From IMG/VR virus record IMGVR_UViG_3300037419_001205, positions 1-26,648 of that record: a DNA stretch of 26,648 nt, one strand, 5' to 3'. The position numbers and the translations under genes were made by a program. This DNA comes from a virus. Lineage: Duplodnaviria > Caudoviricetes. The notes under the pieces are model-generated. The model saw nothing but the letters and a program-made list of their open reading frames with translations, had not been told where the DNA came from and did not search any database. How positions within the stretch are numbered: position 1 is the stretch's first letter; each line of letters starts with the position of its first letter. Shown one piece after another: positions 9,909-18,173 of the stretch.

Positions 9909-10991
9909 TTATTCTCCTCCTTCAGTTTTGACTTCTATTTTATTTTTCATAAGAAATTCTAATGTTTCTTTTCCTTTGTCGATAGGCGAATCTTTATAAT
10001 TTAGAACATTCCATTTATCGAATATCACGAAAGTTTTAACATATGGGGTAAACTTCTTAGTTATTCTTTTTAATGTTTCAGCCCATTTATATGCTTCATC
10101 ACTCTCATGATCTTTGAATTGTTTATCAAAGGCGATAATTACTTCTTCTACACCTAAACTAAGCAATGTGTTCACTTGCCATTTAGATATATTACTACCG
10201 TAAACTGCACATGAAAAGTTGTCTTCACCATATATAGATTCTGTTTTTAAACATGATTTTTCTGACTCCCATAGTACAACCTTACGAAATCGCTTAATTG
10301 AATGTTGAGTTTTGTTTAACATATATAAATTATACATAGTAGGGAAAGAGTAGAGTTTATGTTCAACTGTTGCAGGAATGTATTTTTTCCCTGCAACAAT
10401 TTCTTCTTCTCGAAGATTTCTAGCTCTAAGACCAATTAATTGTCCTTCTGTATTCCGACAAGGTATAATAATTTGATCTTGTTTAATGTAATAACTTATC
10501 CCAAATTGACGTTGAACTTCTAGGCTTATTCCTTCTCTTTCCCATTCTTCATGACCAATTGGAAGAAAAACATCAAGTATTTTTTCGCTATGTATTGGAA
10601 GTGTTATATCAACTTTCTTTTTTGGCAAATATCGCTCAATCCAACTCCAATCATCAATCATGTGACTCTGCTTCTGATTTGTAGTTGTGAATAACTTCCC
10701 AGTTAGATTGCCTACATATCTAACTGCTTCTAAGAAATTAATTTTTTTAACTTGCTCTACTAAACTAAATATGTCATAACTTTGACCACAATCTGTATAA
10801 CAATGAAAAGATTTGCTCTGTGGATAATAATATAACTTATGTTTTCCACCATAGTTGTTGTGGCAAACAGTCTGGTACATCTCGTGTCCTTGTGAATCTT
10901 GTTTAGGTGCAGCACTTCCCAAATCTCTAAGAATTAAGCGTATATCCTCACTACTTAAACTTTCTTTGATTCGATCCTTATCTAGCCTCAA
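9909..10991 (-). CDS. Phage DNA primase (YorJ-like)
   Basis: N-terminal Zn finger (CH...CYTDC), TOPRIM-like ESEKS and IIAFDK; next to the helicase. Confidence 0.85.
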   Translation of the reverse strand: MRLDKDRIKESLSSEDIRLILRDLGSAAPKQDSQGHEMYQTVCHNNYGGKHKLYYYPQSKSFHCYTDCGQSYDIFSLVEQVKKINFLEAVRYVGNLTGKLFTTTNQKQSHMIDDWSWIERYLPKKKVDITLPIHSEKILDVFLPIGHEEWEREGISLEVQRQFGISYYIKQDQIIIPCRNTEGQLIGLRARNLREEEIVAGKKYIPATVEHKLYSFPTMYNLYMLNKTQHSIKRFRKVVLWESEKSCLKTESIYGEDNFSCAVYGSNISKWQVNTLLSLGVEEVIIAFDKQFKDHESDEAYKWAETLKRITKKFTPYVKTFVIFDKWNVLNYKDSPIDKGKETLEFLMKNKIEVKTEGGE

Positions 10992-11006
10992 TGGGGATTC
11001 ACCCCT

Positions 11007-12557
11007 TTAAAAATCAAAACCAGTTGGCTTTGTTTCTTCTTCCGGTTCATCTTCATACATTTCTACAGTTGTAGCCTCAATTGGGATGACTTCATATTTT
11101 CCATTCGTCAGAAACAAATCTGTTGTTCTACAAGTACTTAGATTTGTATAAGACCATAATCTAACTCGGACAATTTTGTTTCCCCTGTTCTTATAGATGT
11201 CGAAAACAATGTTGGGCTGAACAGTGAACTTATCTTTTAGAATTGGTTTGAGTGCTTCCAAATCTGATTTAGAAGGTGTCCTTGCAATTACACCCAAATC
11301 AAGCTTGTCAGCCATTGCTTTTGCACCACGGAGCAAGTTTTGATTAGCCTCTTTTACGTTCTCCCAATCTCCACTAACCTGAGTTGCAGTGAATATGAAT
11401 ACGCCTAATCGGTTACATAGAGCCTTCAAACGATCTACAAACATCAATAGAACGTTATCTTCACGTAATTTCATTCCTTTAGATTGCAATGAAATCTGCT
11501 CTAACAATTTTAAAGAAGTATGCACATAGTCGAAGAACACATATTTAACTTGATGACCTAAAACATACTTATGTATCGTTCGTTCAATGTCTGAGATATC
11601 AAAGTTGGGAATATGTTCAATCCATAATGGGGCTTTGTTTAAAATATCAATGGCTTTATCAATACGTTTTTCTTCTTCTTCTGTGTAGTTACCATCTAAA
11701 ATTTTATCTTCATCAACTCCACTAACAAAAGCAATCAATGGTGTTTGGACTTCATCCATTTCCAACTCAGTTGTAATGAATAGCGTTGGCTCTGATGTAC
11801 CGTTTTTTACCCACTGCTTACTATTTGTATCGTAAATCTGGTTGACTGCTAAATTGGCTGCATCCCCTAATGACAAACGAGTTTTACCAACACCAGTTGG
11901 AGCAGAACGCATGTATAACTTTTTTAACCTTGCGCCTCTGGTTATTGTGGTAAGAATACCGCTACATAATGGTGCGCCCATTGCAGGAGTTTCTTTTAGG
12001 CTTTCTTTTAATTCTTTCATTCCTTTTCCTGCTTGTTGTCCATGAGAGCCATGCTCCGTAAGAAATGTTTCCTTAATCTCTAGAAGCTTCCTATCCACAA
12101 TATCCATAATGTCTTGAACAGAATACTTATCAAAACGTTCTTGGATCTCCTCTTTGAGTTTCGGCATTAGTTCTGTTTCATCATATATGTCCTTAATATC
12201 CATTCCATTATCCTGAAGTGATCTCAATAAACTAAACTTCTTGACACGCTCATAATGGTATGGAAAATTACCTAAACTTGAATCTGATACGGCTCGTTGT
12301 AAATATTCGATTCCATTGTTATCCTCAAATATTTTATATTGAACATCATAATTGGATAAGAAGCTGTCAATTGTAATAAAATTAATGTCTTCTAGACCTT
12401 CACCAACAAGATTATTGATGGCTGCAAATACAATCTTATGGAATTGTTCGGGGAAGTCTTCTTTTGCAAGTTTATATTTTTCTTCCTTAAGTAACATAGG
12501 GTTCTTCATTAGACTCCCTAAAACCTCATAGATGGATCTTTTGTCTTGTAAACTCAT
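11007..12557 (-). CDS. DnaB-like replicative helicase (YorI-like)
   Basis: Walker A APTGVGKT, TTELE, FFDYVH, TATQ, KNRG. Confidence 0.9.
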   Translation of the reverse strand: MSLQDKRSIYEVLGSLMKNPMLLKEEKYKLAKEDFPEQFHKIVFAAINNLVGEGLEDINFITIDSFLSNYDVQYKIFEDNNGIEYLQRAVSDSSLGNFPYHYERVKKFSLLRSLQDNGMDIKDIYDETELMPKLKEEIQERFDKYSVQDIMDIVDRKLLEIKETFLTEHGSHGQQAGKGMKELKESLKETPAMGAPLCSGILTTITRGARLKKLYMRSAPTGVGKTRLSLGDAANLAVNQIYDTNSKQWVKNGTSEPTLFITTELEMDEVQTPLIAFVSGVDEDKILDGNYTEEEEKRIDKAIDILNKAPLWIEHIPNFDISDIERTIHKYVLGHQVKYVFFDYVHTSLKLLEQISLQSKGMKLREDNVLLMFVDRLKALCNRLGVFIFTATQVSGDWENVKEANQNLLRGAKAMADKLDLGVIARTPSKSDLEALKPILKDKFTVQPNIVFDIYKNRGNKIVRVRLWSYTNLSTCRTTDLFLTNGKYEVIPIEATTVEMYEDEPEEETKPTGFDF

Positions 12558-12571
12558 CCGGTCACTCCTTC

Positions 12572-13039
12572 CTACAAAGAACTTATATCTATTGGTGTTA
12601 TTTTTACTTTATTATCCAATTTAGGAGACTTAATTCTGACGTGTTTTTGTGTAACATACTCCTCATTATCAATAGTGCTATTGTTTGCATTAACAATGTT
12701 GAGGTGATGTTGTTTTGCTTCTTCATAAATATAAGGCACAATTCCCACAGTTTCATCGTTCACTGGATTACCTAATATCTCGTGGAAGTATCTAAGCGTT
12801 AGCAATATACCTTTACTAGTGCAATTGTAGTCATCTTCGAAATTCTTAATTTGAGCCAATATCTTCATAGGAGGAGACTTCACAGTAAATAACTCACAGA
12901 TATAATCCATTAGTTCTTTTCTGTCTTCTGCTAACTGTAAACAAACATCATGGTAATAGCGATTACTTACTTTTATAGCGATATCTTTATGAACTCTTTC
13001 TTTGCATCTGGCACAAATAAATGTATTATCTTTAGCCAT
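12572..13039 (-). CDS. YorH-like Zn-finger protein, possible helicase loader
   Basis: CARC...HDVC N-terminus, GIVPYIY; synteny. Confidence 0.7.
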   Translation of the reverse strand: MAKDNTFICARCKERVHKDIAIKVSNRYYHDVCLQLAEDRKELMDYICELFTVKSPPMKILAQIKNFEDDYNCTSKGILLTLRYFHEILGNPVNDETVGIVPYIYEEAKQHHLNIVNANNSTIDNEEYVTQKHVRIKSPKLDNKVKITPIDISSL

Positions 13040-13054
13040 TCATTCACCTCATTG

Positions 13055-13083
13055 AAAGAAAAAGGGAGTATATTTCAACTCCC
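13055..13083 (-). terminator. Probable terminator/attenuator after the AAA ATPase gene
   Basis: GGGAGT-N8-ACTCCC followed by TTTTTCTTT. Confidence 0.55.
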
Positions 13084-13090
13084 AAATTTC

Positions 13091-14071
13091 TTATAGACTA
13101 GCATCCAAGTCTTTTAAATCACCTAGAATTAACACTAGGATGTCCACCTGATCTTCAGTGGCTTGGGCAATTTTCTTACCCTTGCCCAAATGAGTATCAA
13201 CAATCTTAGTAATCTTAGGTGCATTATCTTCACCTTTACTCATAATTGCAGCACATAACTGTTGGATCTCTGCAATTACTTCTTCAAAATCATATGTAGT
13301 GGTTTCCTTGTAAACATTGATGTGTGCGTCTGTTGCTTTAACTCCGTCTTCTTGTTCTTGCTTTTCAATAGCATCAGCAATCGCATCAACTAAATTGGTA
13401 TATGTGAACTCAATATGATCTGGAGTATGCTTCCAACGACTTCCTGCTTCAAAACGTGTTGTTCCACGCATATATAATCTAACAGAAGTTCCATCCTCTG
13501 TATCAACTGTACGAGAATACCCAATAATATCACTCATACGAGATACAATGTTGTCTGCTTTCTTAGGTAGGGTTGGTACAATCTTATTAAAAGACTCTTT
13601 ATTTTCATCTTTAAACTCTTTATCTACTGCGTGAGAAATCATTACAAGACCATAATCCATTAGTGGAATCGCACGTAGAGACTCGTCAAATTCTTTCTCC
13701 ACCATTTTGTATCCACCACCATAAGGAATGTCACCAATCTTCTCAACGCCCTCACGTTGACAAACATACTTCTCACAAAGATCCCATGCAATATCGGCTG
13801 TATCAATAATTACACTCTGGAATCGTTCTTGAGCTTTTGGATCTTTCAACTGTTTTAGGACTTGTTTAAACTCGCTCCACTTATGAATAGGCTGGGCAAT
13901 TACGTTGTTTAATGCGTTATATCCTTTTTCAAAAGCTAAAAGGATTGATTTAGGAAACTTGACAGCGTTTGTCGTTTTGCCACTTTTCTTATCCCCATAG
14001 AAGAACACAATCTTTCCACGTAAATCACGACTCACTACTGTAGGTTGAATTGCAAAGATATCAATAGCCAT
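13091..14071 (-). CDS. AAA_24/Sak4-like ATPase, probable single-strand annealing recombinase (YorG-like)
   Basis: YGDKKSGKTT, IIDTAD, MISHA; next to the SSB-like gene. Confidence 0.85.
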   Translation of the reverse strand: MAIDIFAIQPTVVSRDLRGKIVFFYGDKKSGKTTNAVKFPKSILLAFEKGYNALNNVIAQPIHKWSEFKQVLKQLKDPKAQERFQSVIIDTADIAWDLCEKYVCQREGVEKIGDIPYGGGYKMVEKEFDESLRAIPLMDYGLVMISHAVDKEFKDENKESFNKIVPTLPKKADNIVSRMSDIIGYSRTVDTEDGTSVRLYMRGTTRFEAGSRWKHTPDHIEFTYTNLVDAIADAIEKQEQEDGVKATDAHINVYKETTTYDFEEVIAEIQQLCAAIMSKGEDNAPKITKIVDTHLGKGKKIAQATEDQVDILVLILGDLKDLDASL

Positions 14072-14099
14072 TTATTATTCCTCCGGTATTTTTTAATTT

Positions 14100-14127
14100 T
14101 GTCATGGTGAGATTACCCACCATGACA
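14100..14127. other. Intergenic stem-loop
   Basis: TGTCATGGTG-N8-CACCATGACA perfect 10-bp inverted repeat. Confidence 0.55.
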
Positions 14128-14174
14128 TATTTATTTATATTAATTTTATTTAATTATAATTTTATATGTATATA

Positions 14175-15110
14175 TTAAAATGGAAGGTCATCTGGATTAA
14201 TCTTAGGTTTCTTATCGCTCTTTACATCAAAACCTTTTTTTTCATCTTTCTTCTCTGTAGTTGATTCTTGTGGTTTAGGTCTATTCTTTAGTTGTTCTAA
14301 GTAAACTTCACGTTCAGTTAATGCTTTCTTAACAACCTCTACATTATATACCTTTGTATTGTCCTCATTATAAGGAGGAGTACCACCTGTAATCACAAAC
14401 TCTCTAACTGTTTTGCGAGATACTTTTTTCTGTGGTTTACCAAAACCAACTTCAACTTCGGTTTCAGTAACTTCTACATGATTGATAATGTCACCAAAGA
14501 TTTTAGCGGTTGCTCCTTTAGTATAGTTATCTTTGATGTAATCAACTGCACCGGAATCAGCAACGATAAATTCAATTGGAACAAGTTTACCACCATACAC
14601 AGGTAAGAATGCTTTTACTTTTGCTCGACCTGTCTCTTCTTCTTTAACTACTTCATCAGTTACACTTTGTACGATAATCTCTACTTCAAATTCTGCTTTT
14701 GGTGAATACTCTTCGTTGGCTTGTACTCGATTGATGAAGTTAGTTGATAACTGTGGGAAGGATTTTAATTGACCGTCTTGTCCGAAGTATTCATTAACTC
14801 CCAAATTTCCTACTGTAATACGAACCTTATCAGCCTCATCTCTACCTACTTTAGCAACTGACTTGTATTCATTCATTACAGTTAGTAAACCTTTATAAAT
14901 ACCGTTTTCAGATCCATCTTGCTTTGCTGCATAACTGAAAACTCGAATAGTGTGTGCAGATCCTTCAGCAGTTTCAATATCAATTTCACCAGTGATTGCT
15001 GCTTTACCATTTACATCTTTTGTTTCAATTCTGTTTTCTAATAGAAGACCCTCAATTGTTACCACGTTATCAGCTTGACGCAATGTATTAGTGTTTGTAT
15101 TTTCGCTCAT
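14175..15110 (-). CDS. YorF-like putative ssDNA-binding protein
   Basis: Beta-rich sequence, charged tail ending in the SSB-type DDLPF; first gene of the replication operon. Confidence 0.75.
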   Translation of the reverse strand: MSENTNTNTLRQADNVVTIEGLLLENRIETKDVNGKAAITGEIDIETAEGSAHTIRVFSYAAKQDGSENGIYKGLLTVMNEYKSVAKVGRDEADKVRITVGNLGVNEYFGQDGQLKSFPQLSTNFINRVQANEEYSPKAEFEVEIIVQSVTDEVVKEEETGRAKVKAFLPVYGGKLVPIEFIVADSGAVDYIKDNYTKGATAKIFGDIINHVEVTETEVEVGFGKPQKKVSRKTVREFVITGGTPPYNEDNTKVYNVEVVKKALTEREVYLEQLKNRPKPQESTTEKKDEKKGFDVKSDKKPKINPDDLPF

Positions 15111-15242
15111 ATGTATTTATTCCTCCAAGTTTATTATAGTTTAATTTTATGTCTTATCTCGCTGCCTCATCTAATCTCTACTTCCTCTGCTCGGCTACAT
15201 GATTTCCGCAACCACCCCTTTCAAGTTGTCCTCTGTATTTGT

Positions 15243-15283
15243 ATAGTAACATGTATTTTTAATTCTGTAAATGATATTTTTAT
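15243..15283 (-). promoter_or_regulatory. Replication-operon promoter with conserved 18-bp box
   Basis: TTTACA-17-TACTAT (TG-extended); ATAAAAATATCATTTACA at 15266-15283. Confidence 0.75.
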
Positions 15284-15324
15284 TTTTATATTAATCCATT
15301 TAAAACGTTTATTTCGTTGGGTTT

Positions 15325-15936
15325 TTAATTATATACAGCAATTTCAGTCGAACCTTCTTGAACTTCTTGCAATACTTCAGGTTCATTATGTATCACACTA
15401 ACACCTAACGGGAAGACTTCAACAATTGCAGAAGTAATATCTTTAGCCATTCTCATTACCACTGAAAGACGTGTATTCGCTAAAACTTGAAGTTCCATAT
15501 GACCACCAATATTAACTACTCCCATTATTCCATAATCACCTGCCAGTGGGAGTTCCTTACGTACACCTGCTCCAGCTTTAATGGAGCCATTAATTACTGA
15601 ATAAGTTTCTATGTTGCTAAATTGACCTAGACAAGCATCAATAGCAATTACTTTTTTATCTTCCGGTAATTTATCCAGAGTTTCTTGTAAGTTTAATGCA
15701 TGTACTGGTTCATCAATTGTTCCAAATATATTCTGATATCCAAGACCAGACAAGTATGTACCCACCAATGGAGCCAGTGCATCTCCCGTATTCCTGTCAG
15801 TTCCAATACACAAGAATACAACATCTTCGTTGGTTAAGTGTGAAGGGATAATTGCAGACATTGCTGTAACTAACTCTTCTTTTGTTCTGATCCTAGAAAT
15901 CTTACTCCCCTTAAATACATCTTCATGCGCTACCAT
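15325..15936 (-). CDS. yyaC: YyaC-like spore protease (GPR family)
   Basis: CIGTDRNTGDALAPLVG, PVHALNL, IAIDACLG, GAGV.KELP..GD, NTRLSVVM. Confidence 0.92.
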   Translation of the reverse strand: MVAHEDVFKGSKISRIRTKEELVTAMSAIIPSHLTNEDVVFLCIGTDRNTGDALAPLVGTYLSGLGYQNIFGTIDEPVHALNLQETLDKLPEDKKVIAIDACLGQFSNIETYSVINGSIKAGAGVRKELPLAGDYGIMGVVNIGGHMELQVLANTRLSVVMRMAKDITSAIVEVFPLGVSVIHNEPEVLQEVQEGSTEIAVYN

Positions 15937-15996
15937 TAAATCTCCTCTTTTCTTTTAAGTTGTTATGTATATCTTGCTGTCCTTCTTACATTTCCA

Positions 15997-16037
15997 ATAA
16001 TACACCATCATATACATTTTGTAAATGATATTTTTAT
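15997..16037 (-). promoter_or_regulatory. yyaC promoter with conserved 18-bp box
   Basis: TTTACA-17-TATTAT; ATAAAAATATCATTTACA at 16020-16037. Confidence 0.75.
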
Positions 16038-16043
16038 ATCTAA

Positions 16044-16244
16044 TTAAAGAAATTTTTTATTTACATATTCACCCAACCTAATCCAAGCATCATCTAATCC
16101 CTTCCCAGTATGTATATCAACCACTCTGCGATATTTTACCTTGCCTTCATAAAATTCATCTATAGAACGAAATGTGTAGCGAGTAGTTTTATGATTTTCT
16201 ATCTCCTCTGTCTTCAGCAATTCCCATTCACTCTGAATGTCCAT
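16044..16244 (-). CDS. Hypothetical protein, 66 aa (MDIQSEW...); start reassigned
   Basis: GGAGGAAGAGG upstream of ATG 16244; overlaps the stop of the upstream small ORF. Confidence 0.7.
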   Translation of the reverse strand: MDIQSEWELLKTEEIENHKTTRYTFRSIDEFYEGKVKYRRVVDIHTGKGLDDAWIRLGEYVNKKFL

Positions 16245-16383
16245 TGTCCTCTTCCTCCAATAGTTCACATATATATTGTAAATCTTGAATTGCAACTGGT
16301 GAAAGTTCATCATACCTTTCAATGAATCGCTGCAATAACTTATAAGCAAGTTGTACGTTATTTTTGCTATTATAATTTAACAT
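16228..16383 (-). CDS. Unannotated 51-aa protein MLNYNSKNNVQLAYKLLQRFIERYDELSPVAIQDLQYICELLEEEDNGHSE
   Basis: AAAGGAG RBS 7 nt before ATG; translated by hand; fills the gap and is coupled to the next ORF. Confidence 0.7.
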   Translation of the reverse strand: MLNYNSKNNVQLAYKLLQRFIERYDELSPVAIQDLQYICELLEEEDNGHSE

Positions 16384-16418
16384 CTATATTCTCCTTTGTA
16401 CAGTACAAAAAACCTCTA

Positions 16419-16628
16419 TTATGAGGCGTTTTTGTATATATTTTTACTTCTTAACTCTAGAAGATCGATCAGAATAAACCTTAATTTGTTTCTTGATCTT
16501 ATATTCATCTGCTCGACCACTTCATTATAATCATCTTCAGTATGTATCACCTCAATCAACATTTCAATAATTTTCTTACTTTTAACATCATACTTAAAGA
16601 TAAATTGTTGTGCCAATGACTCCCCCAT
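16419..16628 (-). CDS. Hypothetical protein, 69 aa, first gene behind an operator-containing promoter
   Basis: AAGGGGA RBS; consensus promoter upstream. Confidence 0.7.
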   Translation of the reverse strand: MGESLAQQFIFKYDVKSKKIIEMLIEVIHTEDDYNEVVEQMNIRSRNKLRFILIDLLELRSKNIYKNAS

Positions 16629-16682
16629 ATGCCGCTATCCCCTTGTGTAAAAATTATTATAAAATAACTAACTTGTGAGATA

Positions 16683-16711
16683 ATTATAAAATACAAATTG
16701 TATTGTGTCAA
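16683..16711 (-). promoter_or_regulatory. Consensus sigma-A promoter with palindromic operator in the spacer
   Basis: TTGACA-17-TATAAT; AATACAA-A-TTGTATT at 16690-16704. Confidence 0.85.
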
Positions 16712-16740
16712 TGACCTTTTTACCATTTTTGTAGATAATA

Positions 16741-16753
16741 ATACAAATTGTAT
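16741..16753. promoter_or_regulatory. Second copy of operator ATACAAATTGTAT
   Basis: Identical 13-mer 50 bp from the first, upstream of the XRE gene. Confidence 0.7.
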
Positions 16754-16803
16754 CCTGTTCATTTTATTCCTAATTTGGTACAATAGTCTATGAGGTGATT
16801 ACT

Positions 16804-17208
16804 ATGACTTTCGGTTCTAGGCTTAAAGCACTAAGGAAAGAACAACGCATGTTGCAGAAAGACCTAGCTATATTGCTAGACCTTTCATCTGATACCATTG
16901 CAAAATATGAACGTAATCAACGTACTCCAAATCCAGATACCTTGCAAAAAATTAGTAGTATATTCAATACTTCCGTTGACTATTTGCTTTGCAATACAGA
17001 TATACAGACTAGCCCTGAAGAGCAATTTCTTTTAGATGATGTCTCCGATGATCTTGATGAAATGGATAAAAAGATTGATGAATTCGCTGAAAAGCATGGA
17101 ATATTACTCTTCAGTGATGGCGATGGTAAAAGATACTCAAAAGAAGAATTGCAAACTATTATTAAAAATTATTTGAGAATGATTAACACTTTTAAAGACA
17201 TCACTTAA
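16804..17208 (+). CDS. XRE-family HTH repressor (ImmR/CI-like)
   Basis: FGSRLKALRK...QKDLA...IAKYERNQRTP...SVDYLL; GAGGTG RBS before ATG 16804. Confidence 0.88.
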   Translation: MTFGSRLKALRKEQRMLQKDLAILLDLSSDTIAKYERNQRTPNPDTLQKISSIFNTSVDYLLCNTDIQTSPEEQFLLDDVSDDLDEMDKKIDEFAEKHGILLFSDGDGKRYSKEELQTIIKNYLRMINTFKDIT

Positions 17209-17209
17209 A

Positions 17210-17899
17210 TCACATATTAAATACTATGATAAATTTTATCTTATTTTTATAAATCACGGGAAGTGATGCACCAAACAAGTCCAAAACTGACCCATTTTTA
17301 TGGAAACCTTTATAAAACATGATTTGTGCCATTTTTGTTTCAATGATACCCTTATGCACTTTGGCTATCACATCCATACTTTCTTGCAGAATCAATGGAA
17401 AGATGCTTTTGTTTATAATGTCTTCTCTTTGATGTCCCGATAATTCAACCCATTTATCAGATACGTATGGTACCACTCCATCTAATGTGAGTAGGTTGAT
17501 CATACGCTCTTCAGGTTTCCATTTGCAAATATTTATTATATAAGCATTCACTTCTTGTATTTTCCCGTCAATTTTTATCGGTTCTAAATAAACCAACATC
17601 CTAAATTCCTTTATGTCGTCTTTGCTGTCATACACAATTGGAGTTCCATTGAAAGCAGTTTCGTAATACGGTAGCATGATTGGAATTCGATGTTCGGGTA
17701 CGACCTCCCCCAACTTCCCAGTTTTTAATTTCCCAAAATTTGTCGTTAGTGTATCGGTGAATTGACCTTCTGCTTCCGTGATAACTATTTCACCATCAAT
17801 CTTTTTCATTTTGAAAAACGCCCCATCTCTTTCAGGTGAGAGGTTGTACGTGCTTAGATAGTTACCATATTTACTGATGATGGAATTTAACCGTTCCAT
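17210..17899 (-). CDS. Stand-alone tandem PAS-domain protein
   Basis: PAS-like motifs: LPYYETAFNG...LVYLEPI..DG.IQEV and LTLDG.V.YVS......SG..REDIINKSIF...KNGS; no output domain; likely start ATG 17899. Confidence 0.7.
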   Translation of the reverse strand: MERLNSIISKYGNYLSTYNLSPERDGAFFKMKKIDGEIVITEAEGQFTDTLTTNFGKLKTGKLGEVVPEHRIPIMLPYYETAFNGTPIVYDSKDDIKEFRMLVYLEPIKIDGKIQEVNAYIINICKWKPEERMINLLTLDGVVPYVSDKWVELSGHQREDIINKSIFPLILQESMDVIAKVHKGIIETKMAQIMFYKGFHKNGSVLDLFGASLPVIYKNKIKFIIVFNM

Positions 17900-17916
17900 A
17901 CTTCCACTTCCTTCAC

Positions 17917-17930
17917 CGAACATCTGTTCT
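17917..17930. promoter_or_regulatory. LexA/DinR (SOS, Cheo) box
   Basis: CGAACATCTGTTCT matches GAAC-N4-GTTC, lying between the -10 and the RBS of the PAS gene. Confidence 0.7.
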
Positions 17931-17938
17931 TGTTTTTT

Positions 17939-17967
17939 ATTATATCACAATTAGAATATGAGAACAA
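17939..17967 (-). promoter_or_regulatory. Promoter of the PAS gene
   Basis: TTGTTC-17-TATAAT with TGTG-extended -10. Confidence 0.7.
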
Positions 17968-18039
17968 TATTAAGACCGCTTAATTAACAATTAACAATTT
18001 TTTATAGTTTTTTTAATATTGTAATGTAATAATACTCTA

Positions 18040-18173
18040 TTCGACAAATAGTTTCCTCAACTGATAACTTTTATCAGTTTAAAACGCTTTTTTAGTATAA
18101 AAAAGAGCCATGATTCGACACGGCTCTTTCCTTTGACATTTATACTATTATATTTTCGACAATATTTGTCGAA
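18040..18173. promoter_or_regulatory. Cluster of four TGTCGAA (Spo0A-box) matches plus a separate palindrome
   Basis: TTCGACA at 18040, 18114, 18155; TGTCGAA at 18167; AACTGATAA-CTT-TTATCAGTT at 18059-18079. Confidence 0.6.
18099..18129 (-). terminator. Intrinsic terminator after the peptide gene
   Basis: AAAGAGCCGTG-TCGAAT-CATGGCTCTTT-TTT. Confidence 0.8.

Noticed and set aside
2871-12557. Inteins or self-splicing introns in dnaE, primase or helicase
   Set aside because: Frames continuous, sizes ordinary, no splice-junction motifs; the acidic stretch in DnaE is a short loop
1160-15401. Plus-strand ORFs (1160, 4049, 4534, 5889, 8370, 8556, 11842, 15075) and nested minus ORF 8052-8258
   Set aside because: Shadow frames overlapping well-supported genes; no RBS or recognisable domains
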